Source of the DNA: an uncultured Oscillospiraceae bacterium
GTDB lineage: Bacteria > Bacillota > Clostridia > Oscillospirales > Oscillospiraceae
Length of the DNA: 64,000 nucleotides
Direction of reading: 5' to 3'
Assembly (NCBI GenBank): GCA_947623875.1
Contig: CANQII010000001.1
Coordinates: 31,925-95,924, forward strand
The position numbers were made by a program, and so were the translations under genes. Positions 12,301-18,901 of this stretch are shown one piece after another; positions within the stretch are counted from its first letter, which is position 1; each line of letters begins with the position of its first letter. The notes below the pieces were generated by a model. That model was not told the origin of the DNA. It was given only the letters and a program-made list of their open reading frames with translations, and did no database searches.

Positions 12301-15300
12301 GACTGGAAGAACTCGTCCGGTAAGGAAGCTGAGATCAGAATTGAGGACCCACTGGACCAAGGGGTAGATTTTGTGTCGGCCACGAACGGCGGTACCTATG
12401 ACGCGGTATCCCATACCGTCCAGTGGAACCTCGGCAAACAGGCGCCTGGTGCCAATGGATCGGTTACCCTGGTGGTTCGGGTGAATGCAATGGCCCTGCA
12501 GAATGAAGGATCCAAGGTGGATAACCAGGCCACCGTCTATGTGGACAACAACCCAACTGTGACCGAGATCCCGGAGAACCCGGTAGAACCTGGCGGAGAT
12601 CCGCACAAGACGGAAACCGATCCTGGCAACTATCTGGGTGTAAAGGTGGGCGATAACATCACCTACAGCATCTTCTGGGTGAACTGGACCGGCAAGACTG
12701 CAGAAGTCAGCATCACAGACCCGCTGGATGTGGGCGTAGACTTTGTCTCTGCCTCCGATGGCGGAACCTATGATCCTGCAACCCGCACTGTCACATGGAA
12801 CCTTGGAAGCAAGCCCGCAGATGATTCTGGCTACGTCACCTTGGTAGTCAAGGTCAATGCCAGTGCTTTGGCAAAGGCAGACCGTACCGTGTACAACCAG
12901 GCCACTGTCACGGTGGACAATGAGTCAAGGCAGACTGAGATCCCGGAGAACCCGGTGGAACCCGGCGGAGACCCGCACAAGACTGAGACAACTCCGGGCA
13001 ACCGTGTGGGCGTTGAAGTGGGCGAGAACATCACGTACCGTATCACTTGGGTGAACTGGACCGGCAAGACCGCATCGGTTACCATCACAGACCCGCTGGA
13101 TGTGGGCGTAGACTTTGTCTCTGCCTCGGATGGCGGAACCTATGATCCTGCAACCCGCACTGTCACATGGAACCTTGGAAGCAAGCCCGCAGATGATTCT
13201 GGCTACGTCACCTTGGTAGTCAAGGTCAATGCCAGTGCTTTGGCAAAGGCAGACCGTACCGTGTACAACCAGGCCACTGTCACGGTGGACAATGAGTCAA
13301 GGCAGACTGAGATCCCGGAGAACCCGGTGGAACCCGGCGGAGACCCGCACAAGACTGAGACAACTCCGGGCAACCGCGTGGGCGTTGAAGTGGGCGAGAA
13401 CATCACGTACCGCATTGACTGGGTGAACTGGTCCGGCAAGGCCGCAGAAATCACCATCTTAGACCCGCTGGATACTGGTGTGGACTTTGTCTCAGCCTCG
13501 GATGGCGGCAGATATGACGCAGCATCTCACACCGTGATCTGGGACATTGGCAACAAGCCTGCAGAGGACTCTGGCTATGTCACACTGGTGGTCAAGGTCA
13601 ACGAGAGCGCCCTGGATAAGGCTGATCGTACCGTGTACAACCAGGCCATCGTCTTCGTAGACAACGATTCTAAGATGACCGAGATCCCGGAGAACCCGGT
13701 GGAACCGGAAGGCGAACCCCACAAGACAGAGGTCACACCTGGCGATGGTCAGACCGTCAAGGTGGGCGATGTGATCACCTATCGCATCGACTGGATCAAC
13801 TGGACTGGGGACACCGCAGCAATTAGCATCACAGACCCGCTGGACAGCGGCGTAGACTTCGTGTCCGCCTCGGACGGCGGCACCTACAACGCAGCCACCC
13901 ACACTGTCACCTGGAATCTTGGAGACAAGGTCCCTGGAGCCAGCGGCTCCGTCACTCTGGCGGTCAAGGTGAACGCCGATGCCCCAGAAAAAGCAGACAA
14001 GACGGTGTATAACCAGGCCACTGTCACAGTGGGCAACGAGTCCAAGCAGACCGAAATCCCGGAGAACCCGGTGGAACCGGAAGGCGAACCCCACAAGACA
14101 GAGGTTACACCTGGCGATGGTCAGACCGTCAAGGTGGGCGATGTGATCACCTATCGCATCGACTGGATCAACTGGACTGGAGACACCGCGGCAGTTAGCA
14201 TCACAGACCCGCTGGATAGCGGCGTAGACTTCGTGTCCGCCTCGGATGGCGGCACATACAACGCAGCCACCCACACCGTCACATGGAATCTGGGAGACAA
14301 GACCTCCGGAGCCAGCGGCTCCGTCACCTTGGTGGTCAAGGTGAACGCCAATGCCCCAGCAAAGGCAGACAAGACGGTGTACAACCAGGCCACCGTCACG
14401 GTGGGCAACGAGTCCAAGCAGACCGAGATCCCGGAGAACCCGGTGGAAGGCGCTGGCGAGCTCACCGTTACGAAGATCCTGGAAGGCGAGAATGCCGATC
14501 CCAACAAGGACTGGACCTTCACCGTCACCCTCAGTGACACCAGCATCAACGGCACCTACGGTTCCATGACCTTCACCAACGGCGTGGCCACCTTTACCCT
14601 GAAGGGCGGCGAGAGCCTTACGGCTACTGGCCTGCCTGCTGGCACCACCTATACGGTTGCCGAGGCGGAGGCCAACCAGGATGGGTACACCACCACGTCC
14701 ACGGGTGAGACCGGAGAGATCCCGGCGGAGGGCTCTGCGGAAGCAGTATTCACCAACAGCATTGGCGTGGGAGACCTCACTGTCACGAAGATCCTCGAGG
14801 GTGAGAGTGCAGACCCGAACAAGGACTGGACCTTCACCGTTACACTGAGCGATCCCACCATCAACGGCACCTACGGTTCCATGACCTTCACCAACGGCGT
14901 GGCCACCTTTACCCTGAAGGGCGGCGAGAGCTTAACCGCAACCGGTCTGCCCGCTGGCATCACCTATACGGTTACCGAGGCGGAGGCCAATACCGATGGG
15001 TACAAGACCACGTCCACGGGCGAGACCGGAGAGATCCCGGCGGAGGGTTCTGCAGAAGCGGTGTTCACCAACAGCATTGATACAGGTGCCCTTACTGTCA
15101 CGAAGATCCTCGAGGGCGAGAATGCCGATCCCAACAAGGACTGGACCTTCACCGTCACCCTCAGCGATACCAGCATCAACGGCACCTACGGTTCCATGAC
15201 TTTCACCAACGGCGTGGCCACGTTTACCCTGAAGGGTGGCGAGAGCTTAACCGCCACTGGCCTGCCCGCTGGCATCACGTACACCGTCACAGAGGCGGAA

Positions 15301-16239
15301 GCCAACGCAGATGGGTACAAGACCACATCCACTGGTGAGACCGGAGAGATCCTGGCGGAGGGCTCTGCGGAAGCGGTGTTCACCAACAGCATCGAAGCGG
15401 GAGCGCTCACGGTGGTCAAGAACATCGAGGGCAAGGAAGCAGATCCCAACAAGGACTGGACTTTCACTGTCACGCTGAGCGACACCACCATCAACGGCAC
15501 CTACGGTGGCATGACCTTCGTCAACGGTGTAGCCACCTTCACCTTGAAGGGCGGCGAGAGCCTCACAGCCACCGGCCTGCCCGCTGGCATCAGCTATACG
15601 GTTACCGAGGCGGAGGCCAATACCGATGGGTACACCACCAGATCGGCCTTTACCAATGGCACCATCCCAGAAGACGGCGAGGCTGTGGCCACGTTCGTCA
15701 ACAGCAAGGGCGAGGTGGAGAAAGGCAACTTCGCGGTCCGTAAGAGAGTGAGAGGCGAGGACGCCGATCCGAATCAGGTATTCCACTTCATCATCACCCT
15801 CAGCGATCCCACCCTCAGCGGCACGTTTGGCGATGTCACCTTCGAGAACGGCGTGGGCTATGCAGCCCTGAAAGACGGCGAGCACGCCTGGATTCTGGGC
15901 CTTCCTGTGGGGACCACGTACACGGTCACAGAGGTGGAGGCCAACCAGGACGGGTACCAGACCCATGGCGAAGGGGAGACCGGAGCGGTCCCGGCAACGG
16001 GCCACACCGAGGCCAGATTCACCAACTTCAGAGGACCCGGCGAACCCAACTGGGATGAGCCGTGGGAGGATCTGCCGGATCCGGAAGTGCCGCTGGCACC
16101 GCCGGAGGACAATCCCTCAGACAACCCGCCCCAGACCAACGATCAGTCCAACCGGGAGATGTGGATGCTGATGATGGCAGCTGCCTTCCTTGGCATGACG
16201 GCACAGTTCCTCCCCGGGAAGAGAAAAGAAGAGGCTTGA
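3316..16239 (+). CDS. Giant cell-wall-anchored adhesin (~4,307 aa): signal peptide, vWA domain, DUF11-like and other Ig-like repeats, sortase-type anchor
   Basis: GGAGG RBS before ATG 3316; signal peptide (RRFTALLLCLCMILS); MIDAS motif DVMFVIDVSGSM and LTDG; repeats with GDEITY..ITDPLD.GVDFVSA; C-terminal PPQTND followed by a hydrophobic stretch and KRK. Confidence 0.88.
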   Translation: MRHMKQQKLPRRFTALLLCLCMILSMVSGLGLVTTVASGAGPTEHVAGTRVADPNTMDDYQNRLLTAENGSRYAGRVWTDKTVFAYGADKANGGTLNNEIVLDMATDGYVGNVGFNADFAHVFSALASSQVVNEYPPQPLDVMFVIDVSGSMGKIPSGEIATEGNFEESAIYKAVDSVNKAITLLLKENPRSRFGIVIYGSTAAVFVPLGFYSSGELVATCGEAYGGTQGLHYTLTATVVPAEEMPDGKIVSTESKKTYYAGNAGKTSNEVHSKNGDGNRKLAGTSGRTDGDGTLGNPYQVGHITNPQAGLAAAMDQFITNNEKLTWHTVVEDREYARLPALIHLTDGQASDLAWIQPTEETGDEWQKTVSNWNNVNWQYDLAYNSKINTEIEKEASEDLYNASQLTGYGDAAPVIFQTLMTASYYKSAVEAYYNSSGAKTRDGEPVSLQCFSIYASDQDKYEDLDDNQVKATIDAILCPAEYFKDDAAYSDKDSGKLTKEDSVRCYIDTAYELYNDWVKTGNVEAAFSENTTSANKPENDITISLNTQQSQLKSGKYSNELWHDKIDEDSIDKNVNYVPKGNFYKTGFEGLGDVFQTVVEKLLNSAFVPISGSNDAGVDGSITYQDPIGDYMEIKNQSITATPHHTEGEQVSETETTYDMSMLLFGEMHGLVRTGVYDFQWNDKWMESKYPNDKGGKAITQGWYKGEPEEAIYGGTDEVPKESNGTGTELYKSAADAWAAGWVYRLNFQTLSQYVPLVNAPAKPEELSPQAKNTVYTLYRFAGSAQNRNALRRNPIYGEVPGELAASWEKYDTSGNYPTDNSTYASTPGVYRLSDIRVWVEDTGDYVNEEGAITPNSGYDRSLYVNVPAAAIPTELATITIDENGKVLSYETNLGSDHAPKNGAEISDGEGGKRKVNDEDYMNFCYQSTPLRLFYAVGLEEDVIFRDDDGNQTGVDFNKISAEYIQSHTVEGQNYVWFISNFYSGTKYGEYATDAENYTRGDPTVTFSPGADNRYYVFQKALPLYAHAYRYVGGKLVPVDRIDGQSFGANKQGNSGTTWETYNGKQQKASSWDGGQFMGTYANEEAFLQTAKSSADGKITDQNENTYDIVENGIVFLEEDLLDHVTSNGSSYAEGSVSFSSDDYFFILLEFYMPDKGVGVDNENHEVAGTSKGHMVQYAIARKGSEFGSGYASGNISNGDMLCWADANGNLNVEFAYVSRSETGDNTRGEPTFDKLKKTNGELKEYLQSTCNLSGAALDAQVDYWTKMQKDSAVQKAMEEIDSETKFKERFKFTVAAKPGGIRTGDMSNNIQDKEEEYNSDKGTTEFGKTNTSATYYLPTVADDSGVGDEVIINNYLGNNGRLEIANQMLHVTKMVELPDGTAVPSDEEFNYQIFVQGVTGKRSAVRTLYNEYSGTWERRLAYIDVLTDNSDLLLDNSDNRALFELQVDSTAKQVVANEEGQLVYADGDGNPTTDQCSGTTLYYLYLKSNGEHTRRLYRDSAYVDTNFKDFSKNGTTTFFKDGDREETRSEPGAANRDSYRIATSERPAGTRTYWVLDAVLIPKTEVEDAESAGNWTYNASDSGHEALKYHTLVIRKPNDETSETAFSSPYKTRTQYMTTELDFGTTANGDQLAAEDLYDSIIPSGDRPDLFANLTNDQIAKNTAEFTLKHGEGLLLTGLDNRITYRFTEKLTQAQVDFGYSLKEVSHIQQRGSESIYRPGTQQIPIYSYDGAIYGGQYGTYAKSKTENGLTWAVDTNGTHNNESYRHMEPFAHTNAVMWEYYATMEAGSSGNHHQPSGVEPETENMQIWDQHTANSYTSTEVQHTVSNNPNCEVCDELLLDGSGSVLHYMYKDGELVDPHYEGEASTYLRNMARYGVSPTVHFAVTNEPDTSIVPSTPNDDYTGVYSVFGNTGWFEEQVHFVNTYEPDKKETDPGDGKQVQVGDEITYEISYYNITADTAPVIIVDRLDPGVDFVRATDEGFYRYFDKASTAEYVIRGDTKSIKVPAHTVVWVMNDVAPNTGGTVTLTVRVNENAKKLWQYGDDYLGEREQDPKENDFEVVDKAGVQVGNGPMLYTDQVENPVTEKIESDPGDGETVEVGDEVTYEISWRNTEDVSQEIIVTDWLDDGVDFVSASFKDITLTTAGVISGSVGEGEETQAITIAYETGHKVTWTIKNAAPGEYGTVTLKVKVNANAVKKWSYQGESGDGTADDHATDWKIINRAEVDIGNDDHFVTKQVENPLQEKTEIDPGDGKQVLVGDTITYEIQYHNNTAKTASITIMDTLDPGVTFDSATDEGVYHGEAGTLDDEEAPGYGETIPAHSVVWVLKDLAPGASGTVQVTVRVNARAFENWQYNEDNGTLTNGNGKDYEVVNKASIKVGDENWHYTNVVENPVPEKTETDPGAGEGVAVGDEVTYEIGWRNATNKDQTVTVEDWLDDGVDFVSAAFKDVELKAGKETVTYTIPKGASGEENQTVTITYSASEHKVTWTIDKVAPGEIGTVQLIVRVNENAFIKWSYPDKQGDGTANPYEQDYKIVNRAEVCIDNDRKVTPEVENPVLEKTEIHPGSGEQVGIGDQVDYSITWNNYETETADVTVRDALDPGVDFLSASFGSVTLNAYDLDSDTSIYSISGDASIYYYLGNDTYVKCHVTITYNGNSHEIVWFIENVPAGYCGTVQFSVQVNENADKGYRYDNNGNIPSYPVGEDDYKILNQGGVTVGNHSEYLTNIIENPTRPTFVPKVKKVLEGDPLPLGNFTFTLEENPGNHPGAIMPEITTQTIKGYGEAEFDEIIFTAPGNYSFTIRESVLNPEPGYTYDDSVWTLTVYVEGPDGKWKASGYYTKESATSDTEATFTNAYEEPKPETGSLTVKKTVTGDTGDKTKEWHFTVTLSDGTVNGKFGGMTFTSGVATFTLKHDESATATGLPAGITYTVEETEANQDGYGTTVTNDTGTIPTNGTATAAFVNDKSDGEPHKVEVTPGDGEVVQIGDEITYRIDWKNSSGKEAEIRIEDPLDQGVDFVSATNGGTYDAVSHTVQWNLGKQAPGANGSVTLVVRVNAMALQNEGSKVDNQATVYVDNNPTVTEIPENPVEPGGDPHKTETDPGNYLGVKVGDNITYSIFWVNWTGKTAEVSITDPLDVGVDFVSASDGGTYDPATRTVTWNLGSKPADDSGYVTLVVKVNASALAKADRTVYNQATVTVDNESRQTEIPENPVEPGGDPHKTETTPGNRVGVEVGENITYRITWVNWTGKTASVTITDPLDVGVDFVSASDGGTYDPATRTVTWNLGSKPADDSGYVTLVVKVNASALAKADRTVYNQATVTVDNESRQTEIPENPVEPGGDPHKTETTPGNRVGVEVGENITYRIDWVNWSGKAAEITILDPLDTGVDFVSASDGGRYDAASHTVIWDIGNKPAEDSGYVTLVVKVNESALDKADRTVYNQAIVFVDNDSKMTEIPENPVEPEGEPHKTEVTPGDGQTVKVGDVITYRIDWINWTGDTAAISITDPLDSGVDFVSASDGGTYNAATHTVTWNLGDKVPGASGSVTLAVKVNADAPEKADKTVYNQATVTVGNESKQTEIPENPVEPEGEPHKTEVTPGDGQTVKVGDVITYRIDWINWTGDTAAVSITDPLDSGVDFVSASDGGTYNAATHTVTWNLGDKTSGASGSVTLVVKVNANAPAKADKTVYNQATVTVGNESKQTEIPENPVEGAGELTVTKILEGENADPNKDWTFTVTLSDTSINGTYGSMTFTNGVATFTLKGGESLTATGLPAGTTYTVAEAEANQDGYTTTSTGETGEIPAEGSAEAVFTNSIGVGDLTVTKILEGESADPNKDWTFTVTLSDPTINGTYGSMTFTNGVATFTLKGGESLTATGLPAGITYTVTEAEANTDGYKTTSTGETGEIPAEGSAEAVFTNSIDTGALTVTKILEGENADPNKDWTFTVTLSDTSINGTYGSMTFTNGVATFTLKGGESLTATGLPAGITYTVTEAEANADGYKTTSTGETGEILAEGSAEAVFTNSIEAGALTVVKNIEGKEADPNKDWTFTVTLSDTTINGTYGGMTFVNGVATFTLKGGESLTATGLPAGISYTVTEAEANTDGYTTRSAFTNGTIPEDGEAVATFVNSKGEVEKGNFAVRKRVRGEDADPNQVFHFIITLSDPTLSGTFGDVTFENGVGYAALKDGEHAWILGLPVGTTYTVTEVEANQDGYQTHGEGETGAVPATGHTEARFTNFRGPGEPNWDEPWEDLPDPEVPLAPPEDNPSDNPPQTNDQSNREMWMLMMAAAFLGMTAQFLPGKRKEEA
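12223..14450 (+). repeat. Six tandem 372-bp (124-aa) DUF11-like repeats, several nearly identical
   Basis: PHK codons recur at 12229, 12601, 12973, 13345, 13717 and 14089. Confidence 0.92.
14455..16035 (+). repeat. Five tandem ~315-bp (105-aa) Ig-like repeats (a sixth copy starts at ~11908)
   Basis: G.LTV.K units start at 14455, 14770, 15085 and 15400, plus a diverged unit at 15724. Confidence 0.9.
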
Positions 16240-16279
16240 GATACGCCGGATTCGTCCTGCGTGATTGAGCGCACAGCAT

Positions 16280-16318
16280 GAGACGCGGCGGGCAGCTTTA
16301 TGGCTGCCCGCCGCGTCT
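16280..16318 (+). terminator. GC-rich hairpin after the adhesin gene
   Basis: agacgcggcgggcagc-tttatg-gctgcccgccgcgtct. Confidence 0.7.
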
Positions 16319-16402
16319 TGTGCTCTGGGGAAGGAAAATAGGATGGTCCAAGAATGTTGGAAAAGATCTCCCCAAATGGCTGGTCTTTTTGCGGTCTGGG
16401 TA

Positions 16403-16430
16403 TTGCATTTGCCGCTGCGCGTGCTATAAT
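16403..16430 (+). promoter_or_regulatory. SigA promoter of the FMN riboswitch-ribU transcript
   Basis: TTGCAT-16 bp-TATAAT with extended TG. Confidence 0.7.
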
Positions 16431-16448
16431 CGGGGCCAACAACTGAAT

Positions 16449-16566
16449 ACCTGTCTTCAGGGCGGGGTGAAAGTCCCCACTGGCGGTATAGTCCGCGACC
16501 CACACATTGTGGCTGACTCGGTGCAACTCCGGGACCAACGGTTACAGTCCGGATGGAAGAAGATGT
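16449..16566 (+). ncRNA. FMN riboswitch (RFN element)
   Basis: Hallmark segments tcttcagggcggggtgaaagtccccactggcggt...gtccgcga...gactcggtgcaactccgggaccaacggttacagtccggatggaagaaga, directly upstream of an ECF S component. Confidence 0.95.
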
Positions 16567-16634
16567 GTTTGTCTCCTTTGCTGAGAGCACCTTGCAAGAC
16601 GGCTTCAGGTGTGAATTAGAAAGGAGTCTTTTTT

Positions 16635-17318
16635 ATGTCCGAAAGACAGGCAAGCGCCCAGGGCCGTATGAGCACCCGGGAAGTGGTGGTCCTGGCCATG
16701 TTCACAGCGGTGGCCTACGTGGTGATGCTGCTGTCCAAGATGCTGCCCTCCATGATCGGCTTCCTCCAGTTCGATCTCAAGGACACCATCGTGTGCATCG
16801 GCGGCTTCCTCTTTGGCCCCATGGCTGCGGCCGTGGTGTCCATCGTGGTGTGCCTCATCGAGATGATCACCGCCAGCGACACCGCCTTCATCGGCGCGGT
16901 GATGAACGCCATCTCCACCTGCGCATTCTGCTGCACCGCCACCTTCATCTACAAGAAGGACCGCACCATGCGGGGCGCCGTGGTCGGCCTGGCCTCTGGC
17001 ACGGTGGTGCTCACCGTGGTGATGCTGCTCTGGAACTACCTCATCACCCCGCTCTACATGCAGGGCGTTACCCGGGAGCAGGTGGCGGGCATGCTGATCC
17101 CCGTGTTCCTGCCCTTCAACCTCACCAAGGGCGGCTTGAACATGGCTACCACCCTGCTTCTCTATAAACCTGTGGTGACGGCGCTGCGGGCGGCCAAACT
17201 GGTGCCCACCTCAGATTCCCCCAAGAAGGGCGGCTTCCACGGCGGCATGATGCTGCTGGGGGCCTTCCTGCTGGCCACCTTCATCGTGCTGATGCTGGTG
17301 CTCACCGGCAAGATCTGA
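16635..17318 (+). CDS. ribU: ECF transporter S component, riboflavin (RibU-like)
   Basis: Hydrophobic protein with FLQFD, GGFLFGP, NYLITPLY and LPFNLTKG; controlled by the FMN riboswitch. Confidence 0.85.
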   Translation: MSERQASAQGRMSTREVVVLAMFTAVAYVVMLLSKMLPSMIGFLQFDLKDTIVCIGGFLFGPMAAAVVSIVVCLIEMITASDTAFIGAVMNAISTCAFCCTATFIYKKDRTMRGAVVGLASGTVVLTVVMLLWNYLITPLYMQGVTREQVAGMLIPVFLPFNLTKGGLNMATTLLLYKPVVTALRAAKLVPTSDSPKKGGFHGGMMLLGAFLLATFIVLMLVLTGKI

Positions 17319-17341
17319 TCTGAGACCGAGAAAACAGAAAA

Positions 17342-17376
17342 GCGGGTGGGAGATGGCTTGGCCATCTCCCACCCGC
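17342..17376. terminator. Hairpin between convergent genes
   Basis: gcgggtgggagatggc-ttg-gccatctcccacccgc. Confidence 0.75.
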
Positions 17377-17397
17377 AAATTCATTCTGGTGGCGGAA

Positions 17398-18852
17398 TTA
17401 TCCTTTCCGCTGGATCTGGGCCATGGCGGCCCGGTGTGCGGCGATCTCCCTGTCTGCGTCCAGAGAGGTGGGGGCGGCGCCGGGATAGAAGGAGGCAAAC
17501 CGGGCTGCCTCGCCGCCTTGGATGCCGGCAAAGACCTTTTTTAGTGCAGCCAGCACGCGGAGAAAGTCGAAGGCGATGAAGTCCAGGTAGCAGTACTGCA
17601 TGCCAATGGCAAAGCCGGTGACGAAGACCTCTTTGCCTGCAGCCGCCTTGATCTTCTGCGGAAGGTCCAAAATGGAATGGCAATCTGCCAGGTCGGGCTT
17701 TGTGGGATAGAACACGAAGCCGGCGGCAACCCCTTGCCCGAGGAGACCGTAAAACATGCGGTCCTTGCCCTCCTGATACTCCTGGAGAAGTTCCGGAAAA
17801 CAGGAGAAACCAGAGACAATATCGCTGCGAAGGCTGGCGGACGGCTTGAGATGGCGTACCGATGCAAGAGAGCGGTCCAGGTAGCTGCGGGCGGACATCC
17901 GCAATTCCATTTTTCGGGCGGTCCTGCGGGTCCTGCACAGCCGGTCCAAGGGGAGTGCATCGCGCCGCGGCTCTCTCTCCTCCACGAGGATGGGGCGAAA
18001 GACATATCTGGCGGGGATCTCTCCCACAGCATCGGCAACCGCCTGCTCTGCCAGCTTTTGTGCCTCTGCCGCGTCTTGGGCGGCCAAGTTTGCCAGGGCG
18101 CTGTTGTACACATGGATGGGCGTGGGCTGGTCGTCTTCCGCTTTGTCCATGGTGAACTGGAATTGGCTGAGATCATAGGAGGAGCCGGAGATCAGTACCT
18201 GCTGGTTGAGAGACAGCTCCAGGCCTGCCCGGAACTGCCACTTCTTCTGGAGGGCTGGGGGAACATGCTCCTCCAGGTACAGCAGGGGGAAGATGTTTTC
18301 CGGGTCCTCAGCCAGGATGAATTGCAGATGAAAAACGCCGTTCTCTTCGCTGAAGCCAAAGGGGAGATAGCCCTGGGCGTTGAACACGCTGGAGATGAGC
18401 GGAAAGGCCTTGGAGTAGTTCCAGGTGTGTAAGGCCCGGGTGATGGCAGCCTCCCTCTTTTGGAACGCCTCCCACAGATCGGGGACCAGCGCGGCATAGC
18501 TGGGGTTGCCCACAGGGAAGGTGCGGTGAAACCGGCAGATCTCCTGGTAGCCGGGCAGTTGAAGCTCTTCCGGCATCTGCTGAAACAGGCGCTCCGCATG
18601 GCCATAGCGCTGGATCTCCAGGTTGGAGAGTGCCATCCCGAAGAGAATGGGGGCCAGCCAGTGCGTACGCCCTTCCATGCACTCCATGATGGTGTCTGCA
18701 TTCTGCCAGGCTTTGGCCCGGTATTCCTGCCAGTCCTCTTCGGCCTGCTCGCGGTGGTCCCAGAGGTCCATGGCGCCGAGAACGGCCTGCTCCAGGCGCT
18801 TTTCGAGGCGTGCATAGTGGGTCTGCTGACGCATCTGTGCTAAGAGGTCCAT
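17398..18852 (-). CDS. Hypothetical protein, family A paralogue 3 (484 aa)
   Basis: ATG 18852 with AAGGAG RBS; aligns with its two neighbours (IFPLLYLEEH, WQFRAG, LRSDI, GVAAGF, YLDFIAFD). Confidence 0.8.
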   Translation of the reverse strand: MDLLAQMRQQTHYARLEKRLEQAVLGAMDLWDHREQAEEDWQEYRAKAWQNADTIMECMEGRTHWLAPILFGMALSNLEIQRYGHAERLFQQMPEELQLPGYQEICRFHRTFPVGNPSYAALVPDLWEAFQKREAAITRALHTWNYSKAFPLISSVFNAQGYLPFGFSEENGVFHLQFILAEDPENIFPLLYLEEHVPPALQKKWQFRAGLELSLNQQVLISGSSYDLSQFQFTMDKAEDDQPTPIHVYNSALANLAAQDAAEAQKLAEQAVADAVGEIPARYVFRPILVEEREPRRDALPLDRLCRTRRTARKMELRMSARSYLDRSLASVRHLKPSASLRSDIVSGFSCFPELLQEYQEGKDRMFYGLLGQGVAAGFVFYPTKPDLADCHSILDLPQKIKAAAGKEVFVTGFAIGMQYCYLDFIAFDFLRVLAALKKVFAGIQGGEAARFASFYPGAAPTSLDADREIAAHRAAMAQIQRKG

Positions 18853-18901
18853 ATCAATGCTCCTTTGTCTGTGCTGTAGGCGGTTGGGCCCGTGCGCAGT
18901 G

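Noticed and set aside
12223-16035. DGR template/variable repeats or a shufflon in the adhesin
   Set aside because: The repeats are in-frame tandem domains, differences are not adenine-specific, and there is no reverse transcriptase or inverted cassette.
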